Shown: positions 50,302 through 64,000 of the stretch, one piece after another
How the letters are laid out: each line of letters opens with the position of its first letter
Numbering within the stretch: the first letter of the stretch is position 1
Source of the DNA: Lytechinus pictus
Lineage: Eukaryota
Direction of reading: 5' to 3'
Assembly (NCBI RefSeq): GCF_037042905.1
Contig: NW_026974141.1
Location: 10,540,001 to 10,604,000, forward strand
DNA length: 64,000 nucleotides
Notes under the pieces: generated by a model
Told to the model about the DNA's origin: nothing
Seen by the model: the letters and a program-made list of their open reading frames with translations, nothing else
Databases searched by the model: none
Program-made: the position numbers and the translations under genes

Positions 50302-51018
50302 TTAGTCGTGCCAACTCTCGCATCATTTCGTGCAACGTTGAACAACACTCGCACGACTGGTCCTACGATCTGATACCGAATAGTTCGTATTTGATCGCGT
50401 TTGGAGTTTGTACACGTTCAAAATTCAGATGCAAATAGTCATGACAATTTCGGGTTCGTGCGATCGTCTACAACGACACAAAGCGAACGATCGTGCAATA
50501 CTAGGAAAAGATGTTTCCGGCGGTCGCAAACTGATTGTAGATCAGTTGTAAAAGGGGCATTGCATCGTACTATTCAGAGGGGGAGGAGGCATTATCAGGT
50601 TGAAAAGAAAATGAAAAGTAATGAGCTATGATAGTGAAAAGAGGGATGAACATTATGATAAGCGAAAATGAAGAAACACAGACTAACATACAAACACGTA
50701 AAAGGAAAGGAAGTAGTGATCATCGTGAATGTAATAAGAGAATAAAATAATGGCAATGAAGCATTGATTGAGTTGATATATTCATAAGAAAGAAAGCAAA
50801 CCCATTTCAACTTACCGACTTTGGGTAGTCTGCAGGCACAGACCCCGATTGAAACGTTGATCAACAAGTGGGTCTCCACGCAAAGACTAGCACGTATAAA
50901 ACTTGATGTCTCCATTTGAAAGGACCTTCAGTATACATGGCATTATAGGCTCCACAGTCAGACTCCTAAGTCGAGGGAAGTGATTGCAGCAGGCGGGACT
51001 TAGGGCGTGCAAAGCCAA

Positions 51019-52557
51019 GGGGCAGTCAAATGTTTTACTGTACACATGCGTGGCCAAATTATTTCCAAATACCCCCTACACGAGTTTTTCTCTGTGTGCA
51101 AAATAACCCCTCTAAACATGTTTTCCGCGAGCTTCATTTACGCATTTTGGCCCTTAAGTTGTCGCCAGAATATGACTCCTTAACAAGTTCTATCTTCTTG
51201 CTAACCGTATATTTTAATATAGAAAAAAACCTATATCCATGGGTATTGCATACCCCCAGTGCAGTTAGGGTTAAAATACCACAATCGGGAAGAACCTGAA
51301 CACTTTTCAGAAACGAGGAGGAAAAAGCCTCGGGGAAAAAGCTTGGGGAATAAACATACCCTTGACACGTTTGGCCAATCTTAGGAGAAAAAAAAAGCTT
51401 TGGAAAAAAGATACCCTAAATACGTTTGCCCCTACGATTGACCATTGACCAGTCTTTCAAAACCACCCTTATTTTTGAAAATCAGTGTTTTTTATACCTT
51501 AACGAGTGCACGCGCGGCCCGCGTCCAAAACTGAAAAAACATCCCTTTAAGGACGTTCCACAGTTATGTTTGTGCGCATTATGATTTGCGCATAGTTTAC
51601 ACTCTGCGCGCTGACGTCACAATGAATGAACAGGTGATTAATTAGCTGCAGGTTTGAGCTGATTTTTCTCATCTTCTGCACTTTAACTGCAGATCCTATG
51701 TGTTATTTCATGAAACTAAAAAATTGAATTATTCCATGGACCATTTAAAAAAATGTCTCTACAATTTCAAAATACTTTACTCTGCAGTGCTGCCAAGAAT
51801 CACGAATATTACCCCGAGTTTGAATAAATGGTAGAGTGGTTTTGATTTTTCTTCACATAGATACAAAGCATTCGGCGCATTTTTGGTGTTTTAAAAAGCA
51901 CATTTGCTCTAATAAAAATGCTGATAGTTTAAATACAAGCACATGAACCCCTATTTTTTAATGTTTGTACCTCTTAGGTATACCTTCCTCTACAACTCTG
52001 CAAATTTTGGTGAAAATGACATGGATTTTGAATAAAGTGCAGCATATATTGTACGTTTGTAGTTTGTTACTGAAATTTCACATTTTTTAGATTGGGATTT
52101 TGTTATCTTTTACGCCATTTTTAAGAACTGGCAGTGCTGTTAAACTTAAAATTGCAAACAAATAGCACCATAAATAGATTCTCCATTCTAATGATACAAT
52201 TATTAACTCTCTTGCGAAATTTGATGACTTTTTCATGTATTTTGACTGAGTAATAGAGGTTTAAACTCATTGTAGTAATCTTGGGCGGTCTAAAAATGCC
52301 AAATTCGTTTGAATGCGCAATTCTTAAGAATATCAATTTGGGTGAACTTTGAAGCTCTATAGCAAAAAATCAAGCACATGGACCTATGTTAATTTTTGCA
52401 TATTTCGAATATTAAGGTTCTAAAGTATCTATGAGCAAAGTTTGGTGAAAATGACATGGATTTCACTTTAACTGTGGAACGTCCTTAAACGCGTTTTTTT
52501 TTTTGGTCACGCATGTGTACGGCAATATATTTCACTCCCCCCCCCCCCCTCCCGGGT
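51019..52557. mobile_element. Poly-G/CCCGGG-ended MITE family, copy 1, interrupted by a Kolobok-like element
   Basis: GGGCAGTCAAAT..TGTACACATGCGTG / CACGCATGTGTAC..ATTTCACTCCCC; homologous in inverted orientation to 59910-60392. Confidence 0.65.
51551..52484. mobile_element. Kolobok-like non-autonomous element (TTAA TSD)
   Basis: TIR GGACGTTCCACAGTTA / TAACTGTGGAACGTCC; TTAA at 51547-51550 and 52485-52488. Confidence 0.88.
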
Positions 52558-53062
52558 ACAAAGATGCTAATCCTGCAAAATAATCAATCAAAATGATCAA
52601 ATTAATGCTTAAGTAATACTCTCTTGTTTGTAAATAAAAGAAGAAGTTCACACGAAATTCAAAGCAAACAAAAGACTACTCGGTTAAGTGCGATTGTGCG
52701 TGTGGACTACTGACAACCACCACCAGCGGATAATCAACCTAAACTGCCATTGTTGGTGGCGGCTTAAGGCTTTACGCTAAGGGATTACAATTTCTATGAA
52801 ACTTGTCACAGTATACTACCCTGTACGATTAAACAATGGAAAACAGACTCAGCCTAATTACTTTCTGGGGTGCAATAACAAAAGCCATGTGTAAGAAGAT
52901 TGAAATAAAGAAAAACACTATATCAAGAACCCACGTAGATTATCAAAAACGTGAAATGGATGGCACAATACAGAGGGAAAGTGTTCGAGGAAAATAAGAA
53001 AAAAGCAATAAAGGAAACAAAATAATAAAGTAAAAGTAATGCTTTTGGAGAAACGTGGTCTG

Positions 53063-53146
53063 GGGCCCGTTGCAATCAATCGCAACTCTAAAAATCATGC
53101 GCATTTGGGACTTGCGTTTACACGCAACTCTTTCTGCAACGGACCC
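53063..53146. mobile_element. Tiny, internally deleted Harbinger-like MITE
   Basis: GGGCCCGTTGCA / TGCAACGGACCC inverted ends between CWG sites. Confidence 0.5.
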
Positions 53147-54809
53147 CAGAGGTTGTGAAAAACATTTAAAAAACAACGCATTGGAAAGGAAAACTTGAAA
53201 ATAACAGCTATTGTGAAAAGAGTATATGTTGACTTTGTTTTAGAGAAAGAAAAAAAAATGAATAGAGATGAAGAGATGAAGAACGGCGATAAAAACTTCA
53301 AGTTAGATCATCGTTGCCTAGCTCATAATCAAAATATACGGAATAAGGATTCCTGAAATATAGATGTTATCTGAACCCCCCTAAAAATATCCTTGTATAA
53401 AACTATACCATCATTTTTTGTTCCAGATTATATAGACCTCCCTTCGACGAATTTTTGTTTATTAGAGCCGGGAAGTTGGGGGAAGAACTGTATAAAGTTT
53501 TAAATGGAGGACAGCAAAGCACTTTGAAGTAAACGAAATGGGAGGGGGAAATGAAGACCAAGATCATTTATCATTCATAATCGTCTCTGCATGGTTTGGA
53601 CCAGGCCCCTGGTTCGGCCGGGTAGCTGGTCGCATAGTCACACCATGATCACAAACGAAGTGGAAAACAAGCGAATAGCCGGGCATCTTAATTGTGTATT
53701 CACTTTACATGTATATCAGTGAAGCACCACATGGACGTTTTCTGCAAGAATACTTATGCGAGACATAATGACCTTCAAAACAATTAATCTGATATTTCAA
53801 GAGGGAATATTGGAAGGTTTAGATAGAGATAGTTTTAAAATCACCAGAATTATAAGCGTATTTGTTTAGAGTTAATTCAAACCTCAAATATAACGATACT
53901 TTTCATGCACAGTTTTATAAAATAAGCAAAATGCGATAAGTTCCAAAGTCGGATCTTGGAAAAGTCGTGAAGGTGTGCAGGTTCCCTTTGACATCTCCAG
54001 TATTTCATGAATAATTATACCGCAGAACCGTCCCTCGGCCCCTGGAGATACGGAGATGGGGGTCAACGAAATGTACTATCAAGCCACAACATGATTGATA
54101 TGAAGACAATGGAGCCCACTGACTTCTAATTCCCACCTCAATATAAACACAACGAACTACAATTCTGTCATTTAGCAATCAACCAGATGCGCATGGTGTT
54201 TATCAAATTTGCGTGGCATGGATTTGCAAAAACATCGAATATGACTAACATTTTCCCTGCTGGCCATTAATACAACTTAGATAAGCGGCCTTGGACATGC
54301 AGCATTGTTCTTTCTTCATAAGACATAACAGTTGAACTCGGCGCCATTGAAATATGATGCATATACGCCCCCCCCCCCCCCGCAAAACCATAATAATTCC
54401 ATCCTAATTAGTAATAAACATAATAAGAAAGAAAGAATTAAAAAAAAATCAACAAGTTTAATTTCTTGCACTCCATTTCAATTCCACACTTGTTCGTACC
54501 AACGTGAAACAGTTAGGCACAGTATTGTTCAGGCCTCCAGGGACAGGTTCCTTATGATGTGGTACCTGTCATTATTTTATCTACTTCAAATCCACCACCT
54601 CAAAATAATTATGACTTCCCCATGTCCAAACCAGCCTACACCTTTGTCAATTACTTCATTCAATAAAGACTTACATAATATTTCTTCGGAAGATATTTCT
54701 TATTTAACTTCCCATGGCTAAATGCAAAATACGCCTGTGATACATCTCCATGGTTTTTATCCCTAGGCTACACACCATCCATCATGGTGTTACAGTGAGA
54801 GAAACTTAC

Positions 54810-55270
54810 CACCAGTGAATTGATCATTCACCAAGTATCAACGGATCGTTGATGCTTCGCGTCGCCAGGGCAGTCGGCGTAGATCCGAGAGAAGGACACG
54901 ATCCCCGCTACCAAGCATCTCTATGGGTGCGATGACCTTGCTGTAGACAAGATAGTTGTTCATCGAATCTGGGAACTCTGTCCCAGCCGATTGATACTTT
55001 GCAAAAGCTTTAGTAGTTTAGGATGGAATACATCGGAAAGTCCAACATTCTCTCGGCTGCATAAGCAAACGCAACTATATCTAATTTCTTGTTTTAGAAG
55101 ATTGAGCAACACAGTCACCCGTTCAGGAGCAAGCGCGGGCAGACGTGTAAGAACTATCAACCAGTCACGCACGTGCTTCTGTTTTGAGTTTTGTTATGCA
55201 AATAGAGGAAGGGGTTCTGACTTCACAACCACTTGGTTGGGTGGAAGTATGGCGCGCCATTTGTCCAAAG
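54810..55270 (-). other. Possible first exon and promoter of an unidentified host gene
   Basis: CpG-enriched patch with an E-box. It ends ATGATCAATTCACTGGTG|GTAAGT (MINSLV, then a canonical donor). No downstream exons were identified. Confidence 0.3.
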
Positions 55271-58200
55271 TGAATGCGATTAACTCAGGATTTTTTTTTT
55301 CGATCGACAAGCTCGGTTTATTACGAAAAGAAAAATCATATTGTCAAAACACAGAGGGGTTTTTTAACGACAAAACTTAGTTTATCGGCGATAAATTCTT
55401 TTCTTTTCGCCGGAAACTCAGTTGATCGGTGATAAGCGAGGTTTCTTTTTTCGAGTGATGAATGAATGAATGAATCTTGATTTCGTTTCAATTCCGACAA
55501 CAACAGAAACAGTAAATCATTGCATTACAAGTCAATAGCAAAGAACAAAAGAAAATACTTACACAATATTATATATATATATAATACATATTTTGAAACA
55601 TTTGCAACATTGATGAGACAAGATGGAAATGAAACGTGGTGGTGACCTACTAAGAAGCTTAGCTTGTGGGCCATACTAGGCCACCATAATGTTATATACT
55701 TTTATAATCAATCGTTTAAAACAAAAACAAACAAACAAACATATGAAACAATTTGGAGTAAATAACCAAAGTACATGTATACATATTTACAAAAGATACA
55801 CCAAAAAGTAAAAAATGCGAAATGCTGAATGCAAACGAATTCTATTTTACTTGAAGTATAAGAATCTGAAACTCAAAAAGAAGTAAAAGACAGAAAAGGG
55901 AAAAATGTGAAAAGTAGGAGACAGGAGGGAAGGTGGGGTAAGGAGTTTTCAAAAGGGGGGGGGGGGGTCATTAATCTAAGGGCGCTGAAAGTAAGAGGTA
56001 GAGAATGCTTAACCCCCCCCCAAAAAAAAAAAAAGGGGGGGGGGGAATTGGGGGAGAGGGCAAAAATTTCCATAGGGGCAAGATGCATATTAGAAGAAAC
56101 TCGAAAGCGAGTAAGCACAGTGAAAGAAGGATTTCGTGCACACTTAGGGATAATTTGTGAAAATATTCAATAAAACATGTTAGTTTTCAAAATGTCTTGG
56201 GCAAATTTTCCTTTTGCGCTTCGTACGGTCATGCCCCGCATGTGTCCCTTTAAATAATGAAAAAAAAAAATGAAGGCACTCTTCTTGTCTAACAATTGTC
56301 AATTATAATTGTAATAAAAAAAATATCTCTACATTCAATGTAAAAGTGAAACCCCCGATTTTCTTTTTCTTCTATTTTTTTCTAGCTATATAGAATATTT
56401 GTTCGTTGCTTAGTGCGTTTCACCAGAGGCGGCCGTTCTGGGGGTGCGGGGGACAGGGAGCATATAGCGCTCCCCCACACTTAGGTCTTTAAACCTGCTA
56501 TGTTGGCTATTGTGAATTACAACTCTATTCCATCCCCCCATTACTCGGAAATTGTGTAGTGTTTGAAAAAGGTATGAATATCATTTACTTTCATACGGTT
56601 TTGTTGGTTGAAGAAAAAGTTATCATCGGAAAATTCCCTCACGAAAGACATCTTTTTATTGCTTGAAGAGGACAAAAACGTAATGTTTATGGCCATAATA
56701 AAGGATAAGGGTGGAAATTTGCTTTTTTTTAAGGCATAAACTGTTCGTTGTATGATATTGTATCATCTCTGTAATGCATACATGCCCCTTCAGAGCAAAA
56801 AAAAGGAGAGAGAGAGAGAACATGGGTGGGAAAAGGGATGTATTTCACATTGTAAAATATATAGAGAATTGAAAACAAGTCAACTTCAAATAACCAGATT
56901 CAAAACAAATTGTTACATCGCAAAGGGCACATTTCATTCTAAAGACAAAACAATCATACGGGAATTATTTGGGGCAACTAAGTGCCTCCTCCCCCATCCC
57001 ATCCTCCGGTTCCATTGCCCATGCAGAAAGGAAATGGCGCTACACTTGCAATCACCTTCCATTAAACAGACTGAAATATCTGAACTATATAACGGGAAAA
57101 GAAAAGGGACGTTTATCAGAAGTATATAAGGGCATTCAATTGGGGCACATAATCAGAGGAGAAAAGGGCACAGTGGACAAAAATTTCACTTTGACAAAGG
57201 GAGAAAAGTGGGCGATTCCTCAATTTTCTTGCCTTTGAATAATTATTTCAGGTGACACATGGGGGTGCATGGCTATACTCAGCATCGGGGGCAGTTGCCC
57301 CCAGACAATAAGAACAAAAATTACATTTTTTCAATAAAGAAGTTCACAAAATTTACCAAAAGTGTATACGAAATTTTTTAACTTCACCTTAGAAAATGCA
57401 AAACTTCGAGAAACGCAATCCCACACGACAAAGAATCGAAAGGGCGTCATCTCTTGTTTACAATTTATATCCCTCGCTTCGCTCTGGAAGCAGCCGCCAG
57501 GGCCTCGACAAGAGGCTAAAGTAACACCAGAAAGAAAAGACGAAGGGCTGTAAAAGGGCAGAGAGAAGGAGAAAAGAAACGAGGGGATAATGGATTCGAG
57601 AAACACAATCCCACACGACAAAGAATTGAAATGGCGCCATCTCTTGTTTACAATTTATAATAATTTTTAGGAATTATTATTATGGAATCTTCAATGAACA
57701 GGTGGGTCAGTGATTTGCCTGGATTGTGTATTGGACATTCTTTTCCCTTTTTTTTTTTTTTTAGCTTGTTTTAAGGAAGCCCCCCCCCCCAAAAAAAAAA
57801 AAAAATCCTCCCTCATCTCGAAAATGTTGAAACCCATTTCTTTATTGTACATTTTAATAGAATTGCACCAAAGTGTGCACCAAGTCCTAATTAACTCCCC
57901 TCTTTGCCTTTCTCTTGTATATAGGCGTATTGCTTTCATTAAAAACGAAGGGCATAAAGGCGTCGCCATTTCCCCCAATTGAATGACATTTGTAGTGCAG
58001 CATATGAACAGACGACCAATCCCTTTTTCCTACAATTTACACATTCATTATTCTTCCCTTTGCCCCCCACCCCCTTGAAAAATCACGCGGTCGCTGCCTT
58101 CCCCCTCTAGCTAGCGCTGTCCCTGATTTTTGCCCCTTCTCCACAAAAAATAAAGATTAAATAAAAAAATCATGCATAATAATTATGGGCAAAATAGAGA

Positions 58201-59199
58201 ATGTTTGGACACGTACTGAAAATAGCGCCCCCCAACAACAAAAATCCAACAAATCATGCATTATTATGGTCATAGCGAGTAGGGGCTTGTATACTACCCC
58301 CCCCCCCCCCAAAAAAAAGAGAAAAATCCATAACCCCTCCTCACTCTCAATATGGGTGCCATCGATCTTTGGCCAAAAAAATCATCAATAAAATACCACA
58401 TCAGTTTTTGTATTTCACAGATTACATTTCGCATTTCAAGGAGGAGAAGTCCCATTTCTTCTGCATAGAATTAACGGCCAAAAAGGGTTTCTACTAAATG
58501 AAACTGAGGTGATTTTGGTTAAATTTTTAACTTTTAGCGTACTTTCCAGACTTCCAGGGGGTGCTGCCCGCCTGTGTTGTATAACACACTGAGCACCCTA
58601 AGGCAAATCTGGGGGGGGGGGGGGGGTGCTCGTCGCTTCACCACCCCCGCTTACCAGGGCCATGTCTTTATATAGATTTTGTTTAATGTTCTAAATCATT
58701 GTGTAAAGCGTTACGATTTCATTTTGTAAGAGCACTATAAAAACATATATTATCATTATCAATAATAAAATTATATTTATCATTATTAATTGCAAAAGGG
58801 TGACTTCATTTTTTTTTTTATTAGTGTTGGGATCCAATACATAAAATATGCATTGATAGATTTGTTTTCTTCAGGCCATCTTTTACATCATCCAAGGCCC
58901 CCAAGGTTTCACTTCATCATATTAAGCCCTTACAATTTTGTTCATGTATTATGCTTGAGGTAGGTCCTTATTATGATTTCTTCACCTTTGTCATTTTCGA
59001 TAATTCAGAATAAATGTGCCAGTTTCAATATACCTATTCATCTAATATGAAATTGCTAACTGACTTGACTTTTGTCGATGGTGGCAGCAAACAACATATT
59101 CTTCGGAGTTTGTTTGTGTACCATTTCTACTGGTACCACCACCACTACTCGCCGCATACTTGGAAAACCAAAGCTAAAAGAAGTGTTACCAAATCTTTG

Positions 59200-59665
59200 T
59201 ATTGAGCTAGTCCACCGCCCACGCCTATGCATACACGCCTAGTTTGTACGCATGCCTCATAAACCCCAAGCCCGTACACACGGCGTGCAGATCTGTTCGG
59301 CGACCGGTGCCTAGCTAGCTGGATATTCCGCGGGAGGGTAGCGTGTGATTGTGGAAGATTTCGTGGAATTATCACTTTTTTGGCCAGTGACAGCATTTTA
59401 TTTGATCAGGATCTGTTCAATGAGGATATCTTCCAACACGAGGAGTGCTCTTGCATTACTTCAGAAGTTTCGTGGGATATTTTTGTCTTCTGTAAGTTTG
59501 ATGACAAGTTTTGATTTCAATTTTCATTCACGGACCTCATTTGTCCAACATTCAATTCCAATCGAAACAAATGTTGTTACATTTGACTTCCGGTTATTAC
59601 TAGTTGAATGGCCCATGATTATTGTGAAACCTAAGAAGTCTTGTGCATGTATGCATCTTTGAAAT
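59200..59665 (+). other. Possible promoter and non-coding first exon of an unidentified host gene
   Basis: GC-box-like CCACCGCCC, a CpG-rich patch, and a GTAAGT donor at 59666. Confidence 0.28.
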
Positions 59666-59909
59666 GTAAGTTTGGCAAGACCAGTGTTCTAAATATTGTT
59701 TCTGGTCATTCTTCGCTTGCATGTGCAATATTTTTGGAGACTTGTTGAAAATGTGTGAACATAATTTTGTATAAATATAGATCTACCTGGTATAATTTGT
59801 GTGCATGCTACCAAACAATACATGAACATGTGTCTCCTGTGTGAAAAGTTGGACCAAGGGGGGGGGGGGGGGTGGCGGCTCTTTGTTTAACCAGGCCAGA
59901 GACCAAAAC

Positions 59910-60392
59910 CTGGGGGGGGGGCAGTCAAATATATTGCTACGTGCATGACCCCAAAAATGTGTTTAAAAGATAAAGGGGTGTTTTTTTCAGTTTTGGACGC
60001 AGGCCACGCATGCACTCGTTAAGGGTATAAAAACACTGATTTAAAAAAAATTGTAGTTTTGAAAGACTGGCCAATGGTCAATTGCGGGGTCAAACGTATT
60101 TACGTGTAGGGTACATGTACATGCACATGTTTTTTTCCAAAGCTTTTTTTTTAATGACTAGCCAAACGTTAGGGGATGTTTTTTTCCCAAGCCTTATCCT
60201 CGGGGCTTTTTCCTCCTCGTTTTTGGAAAGTGTTCGGGCCCAGACAAAACTTGTTTAGGGGTCATATTCTGGCGAAAAAATTCTATAAGGGCCAAAAAGT
60301 GTAAATGAGGCCTGGGACTAACAGAGAAAAACCCGTTTTGGGGGTGTTTGGAAATAATTTGGTCACGCATGTGTACAGCAATACATTTGACT
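59910..60392. mobile_element. Poly-G-ended MITE family, copy 2
   Basis: Reverse-complement homology to 51019-51550 and 52489-52557. Confidence 0.6.
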
Positions 60393-61364
60393 GATACAAG
60401 TGTTGCCAAGTACGACTATACTACTCAACGGAAGGAGAAGAAGAAGAATTTTGTTCTCCTACTGGCCATGTGCATTGTGCTCCTGGCCATACTGCTCTGA
60501 GACATTTTTTATACTCTATATATGTGCTAAGTATTGTCTCAACTCTCAAATACTACCGTATACACAAACAGTAGTCCATTTGACCATATCACTTGAGCAG
60601 TGAGCTAAAAATTAACAGGCGGCCTTATTTACCCCACTCTCCCCTAAATCTCTACTTTGTTGATAAATAGAAAAAAATGGGTCTTTAAATGATTAAACCT
60701 TCGTTTTGAAAGACTTCTACTTGGAAATATTACTCGCTGCAACCGCTTGAGTGTTGGAGCCTCCAAGCACATCAATCGTTGCCATTGATTTTGTGCAGTG
60801 GTCAGTTATGTGCTTTTATGGCATGATTAATTGCGATGAGATGGATCTACATTGTAGATCTATGACTATCCTTGGCTTGTATAGATTTCCATTACTCAAA
60901 TGACCCTCGATACTAATTTAGAGTGCACACACAGATCTACACCTTGGTATCTAATACTGGTTGCCAGCTATTAATAATAATATTATTTTGGACTTCATGA
61001 ACATTATACATGTATATTACCGTGAAAAAAACCCCATTATTATTGATTAAAAGTATTTATGTGTTTTTGTGTTAAACGTCAAACGATGAGGCACAGCTCA
61101 ATTTTTTTTTTCAGAGGCTTAGGATTATGGATTGTAGTTGTTTATAAATGCTTCCTGATATTTGGACAAGGATTTGTAAACATGTACATGTACACACACA
61201 ATTTTTGATCCATGTGATACGTATGTAATTTGAATTGTGAAAGTGTGTCAGTATACATGATGCTATTGTGTAGCGGGATGGAAATTTGAGATTTTTAAAA
61301 TGTTTTGGTATGAAAGTTAGTTTGCCTTCTCATGCTATTCACATTCAATAATTAATATTTTTAA

Positions 61365-62110
61365 AGGGATGGTCCATGCTAGAAATATTTATATCTGAAT
61401 TTATAGAGTAAAACTCTCAGAGCAAAACGCTGAAAATTTGATCAAAATCGGATAACAAATAACGAAGTTATTGAGTTCTATAGATTTGCATTATTCCTGT
61501 GAAACAGTTCTAGGCATGTCTTTACGAATATTCATTAGGTGGACTGATGATGTCATATCCCCACTTGTTCTTTTGTATTTTATTATATGAAATTAGGTTT
61601 ATTCGAAAAAGAATAGAAATTTTTCTACCAAGAACTAAAACAATGGGATTGACAACTGATTATTTATTGCTGCAACTTATTTCATCATAATGGATACACA
61701 TCATTTACACATATGTATGAAAAAAAATGAACATTAGGTTTATTCGAAAAAGAATAGAAATTTTTCTACCAAGAACCAAAACAATGGGATTGACAACTGA
61801 TTATTTATTGCTGCAACTTATTTCATCATAATGGATACACATCATTTACACATGTATGAAAAAAAATGAACACTTATGATTTCATTTAACATTAGAAAAA
61901 GGAAAGTGGGGATGTGACATCATCAGCCCACCTAATGAATATTCATGACAATGTGCATATAACAGTTTTCACAAAATATTGATAAACTTTAAAATTCAAT
62001 AAAGTTCTTCGTTATTTGTTATCCGATTTTGATGAAAATTTTAGCATTTTGCTCTGTGAATATTACTCTATTTATTTCAAATGTAAATATTTTCAGCCCG
62101 GACCATCCCT
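61365..62110. mobile_element. Kolobok-like MITE (TTAA TSD) with an internal ~140-bp tandem duplication
   Basis: AGGGATGGTCC...GGACCATCCCT ends with long imperfect TIRs; TTAA at 61361-61364 and 62111-62114; ATTAGGTTTATTCG block repeated at ~61592 and ~61733. Confidence 0.88.
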
Positions 62111-62135
62111 TTAATTTTAGTTTATGGGTCAGGGT

Positions 62136-63219
62136 CAGTCAGACCGCAGGTCCCTATGCTAATGAGCAAAAAGGCCAGATTCATCCAAATCATCTCGTGG
62201 CTGAATCCTCCTCCTTGCAAAATCTCGTGATTCGTGAGATTGTCTTTCTCTAAGAATTTACCTGTTTTAATCTCAAGTTAAATGAAATATTATTGCACTA
62301 TCAGATAGAGTAAAAGTTACTCTTTCATATTGGTCATTTATTTTGTATACAATATTTTGTTAAATAAGTAAATTTCTGGCCCGAAAATGTGCCTCAAAAC
62401 TGAATTTTCTTCCCCTGTTTTCTTTTGCAAATTGTGCAAAACTTTTTATTTTGAGCCTCAATAATATCTCTATCACCATAAAGCTGAATTTCTGTACTTT
62501 CTCACAATGCCACTCTTGATATGCGGCACCTTTTAATCGGGTCAAGATCACACTTTTCCCACCAAGGTACAAGACGAGATTTCTGAAATTTTGTACTTGC
62601 ATGAAATCCAAAGTTCTGATTGGCTGGATAAGGATCACAGAACTGCAGGCGCGGGGTATTTGAGGAGATTACCACATGGGAAGTGCGACCTTCCCACGAA
62701 CCCAGGCACTGGGACCGTTGGAATTTGCCATTGTGTGGTCTCTTTGACCAATCAGAGTGCAGTATTCTTGTTTTCAAACTGCTTTATGTACTTGGCAAAT
62801 GAAAAGTGTGATCTTGACCCGATTAAACCAATTCTTATTTTAAAACCTATATCATTTCAAAGCATATATATTCAGCTTTATCATGATATAAAAATCATTT
62901 GGGCTCAAACAAAAATAAAGTGTGAAAATAGCAGCTTTTGTCAGGTGAAAATATTTATTTTGTAGCATATTTTAGATCAAAATTTTAACCTATATTACAA
63001 AATCTTTGAATAAATCAAAACACATGACCTGAAAGAATGATTCTTCCTCTTTACAATGGTACCAAATTCATGAAATTCGATGCACAATTAGAGCAGCAAT
63101 GACCGAATGAAAAGAGGTGTTTTGGTCCGCATCAAGCTCATTAAATATGCAAAACATCTCAAGTCATGAATATCACTTGGATGAAAGAAGCCACTTTCTT
63201 CGGACCTGCAGTGTGACTG
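62136..63219. mobile_element. Non-autonomous DNA transposon with CAGTCA termini and 4-bp TSD (GGGT), copy 2
   Basis: Inverted, same-length (1084 bp) copy of 16784-17867; GGGT at 62132-62135 and 63220-63223. Confidence 0.92.
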
Positions 63220-63460
63220 GGGTGACGTTTCAAGCGTGAATGGGGGGAATGGAAATGTCTGTTTATAAGGAAATAGAGGGTAGAGTAAGACGGTTTATGA
63301 ATGAGCAAAGGATTGAGATGTTGCTAAGATTTGGGCTGTCTTAGTTTACTGTCATTATTCGGAGGTTGAATAGGTGTGACTAATTTCATCTCTTTATTAA
63401 AGATTTATTCCAGGCTCCTTGTTGTTCGGCTCGCTCGCATTCTTCAGTTTGCGTCTTTAT

Positions 63461-63995
63461 CCCGGGGCGGCCACTTACATTGGCGAGTGGATACCATGCG
63501 CGATCACAAAAACATGTAAAAAGGATGTCTTTTTCAAGACAGGGCACGTTACGTACGTAACGTAATAAAGGTGTCAATAACACTAAAATAATGAAAAAGG
63601 GTATCTACATGTATACATATTCTTTAGGAAAGCTACGTGTTTAGGGTCAAATTCGCGAGGGTGTAAAAAATTAAGACTAAAATGTTTTATAAAGGATGTG
63701 TTTAGAGTATGATTTTGCGCGAGATGTGGGAGGTGCAGGGGCTGTACTAAACCCAATTAGGTAAAGGTAAAACCTACGACAGTGACATATCGTTGTACTT
63801 GTTTAGGGGGTCAGTTCAGGGAATACTTGCCAAGAGTATTGTTTTGTTAACAATACTTGTTAAGGGTAAGGTTTCACACACCAATACTTGTTAAGGGGTG
63901 CATTTTCAGAATATGGAAAATACGTGTTTAGGGTGCTTTTCGAAACCCCATGGTAGCGCATAATCCACTCGTCAATAGAAGTGGCCCCCACGGGG
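63461..63995. mobile_element. CCCGGG-ended MITE
   Basis: GGCCACTTACATTGGCGAGTGGAT / ATCCACTCGTCAATAGAAGTGGCC inverted termini. Confidence 0.7.
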
Positions 63996-64000
63996 TCTTT

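Larger units (their letters stand above)
49019..50558. mobile_element. Degenerate PIF/Harbinger-like MITE with nested insertions
   Basis: AGCCCCTT...AAGGGGC ends and a CGATCG/TCGCA-rich body on both sides of the nested elements. Confidence 0.45.

Noticed and set aside
57406-57659. ~65-bp direct repeat (57406 and 57595)
   Set aside because: Real, but probably a local duplication in decayed repeat DNA with no further structure.

Overview
AT-rich metazoan genomic DNA, dense in transposons, with two N gaps (10986-11120 and 45331-45487). It is probably a sea urchin; this is inferred from the U6 promoter architecture, the SINE types and the poly-C/G tracts. The main feature is a U6 snRNA gene on the minus strand (promoter and 5' part at 46105-46260, 3' part at 33146-33188). 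It is split by a ~12.9 kb target-specific DNA transposon of the Dada-U6 type, with a TTGCGC/GCGCAA 6-bp TSD. The element encodes an apparently intact DDE transposase of ~1353 aa in 12 coding exons. Its right end carries a 14-bp copy of U6 sequence, inverted and symmetric about the TSD. The 3' end of U6 is also triplicated in tandem, and a separate U6 retro-fragment lies ~3 kb away. The left half holds a BEL/Pao element split by a palindromic Academ-like element. It also holds a nested stack: an old BEL contains a Mag-clade Gypsy, which contains a Tx1/L1 LINE and a MITE with a 4-bp TSD; the BEL also carries an ISL2EU-like MITE and a SINE. Penelope-type repeats with hammerhead ribozyme motifs lie at 28.7-30.0 kb. 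The right part is mostly MITEs, a minisatellite and two possible first exons or promoters. No complete host protein-coding gene could be supported.
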